Positions 45,251-45,577 of a stretch of DNA of 45,577 bases are shown here, piece after piece. This DNA comes from Acidobacteriaceae bacterium. GTDB taxonomy: Bacteria; Acidobacteriota; Terriglobia; Terriglobales; Acidobacteriaceae. Location: NCBI GenBank assembly GCA_030038115.1, contig JASHPM010000493.1, positions 1 to 45,577 on the forward strand, written 5' to 3'. Below the pieces are notes generated by a model. The model was not told the DNA's origin. It saw only the letters and a list, made by a program, of their open reading frames with translations, and searched no databases. The position numbers and the translations under genes were made by a program. How positions within the stretch are numbered: the stretch's first letter is position 1; each line of letters starts with the position of its first letter.

Positions 45251-45577
45251 TGAGCTTTATTTAGGTCAAGGGGCGGAGTCAGGCACGTTGTTTTCAGTGG
45301 TTCTAAACGGCTGACACTTTAGCGGAGAGGAACTGAAGTAAGGTAACAGGGCGCGGTAAATTGTCATTGAGCACACCGACCGCATATGCGACCGTGCCCT
45401 GCGAATTGATGCGTGTGGCGCGAATATTCCCGGTGCGAGCTCGTCGACAGTTTTATGACGTTGTTGATCGACTTCATTCAGGGTCAGGCGGGTGCGGGCC
45501 GCTCTGCATGCGAACCATGATAGCGCTAAAGGACGGGGGGCGATGTCCGCTAAGTCGTTGATTTTATTTGGCGTCCC

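Noticed and set aside
45361-45577. 66-aa ORF (45361-45561) and a possible new gene start at 45543 (MSAKSLILFGV...)
   Set aside because: The 66-aa ORF is Arg/Cys-rich and unconvincing. The 45543 start has only 11 codons inside the window, which is too little evidence.

Overview
High-GC bacterial chromosomal segment. The gene content (TIGR03436-type VWA protein, many TPR/TonB/exported hypotheticals) suggests Acidobacteriota, but that is an inference. I count 34 confident or plausible CDSs and found no rRNA, tRNA, CRISPR array, transposase or integrase. The window is dominated by cell-envelope glycan genes organised as two separate systems. (A) About 1.7-21 kb holds a non-canonical set. It comprises a MOP/Wzx-type transporter fused to an extra cytoplasmic domain carrying a DGNHR (ParB/Srx-like) motif, followed by STAS, P/A-rich and Tmk-like genes. 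It also has a GH99/WbsX-like lipoprotein and a tightly coupled five-gene operon pairing a polyprenyl-phosphate GT2 with a GT-C-like membrane protein and three exported proteins. The remaining parts are a 1443-aa TPR + C-terminal beta-barrel protein (PelB/BcsC/PgaA-like) coupled to a GT4, and a TPR protein coupled to an NTP_transf_5-like protein. No processive synthase, Wza or Wzc is recognisable in this set. (B) About 30.2-43.7 kb holds a Wzx/Wzy-type heteropolysaccharide locus. It is headed by a divergent NusG/UpxY-like antiterminator and a small RHH protein plus a structured leader element. It continues with a flippase, GT2, Wzy-like protein, GT4, WecB, then an SDR-cupin-RmlD-like-FnlC-like-WbuB-like block suggestive of a 2-acetamido-2,6-dideoxy-L-hexose. 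This part is visibly more AT-rich than the rest of the window. Between the two systems lie TonB, a VWA protein, a multicopper oxidase, a PlcN/AcpA-type phosphoesterase and a large periplasmic-sensor diguanylate cyclase. The window ends with lhgO and a canonical intrinsic terminator. Most long ORFs antisense to these genes are high-GC shadow ORFs.
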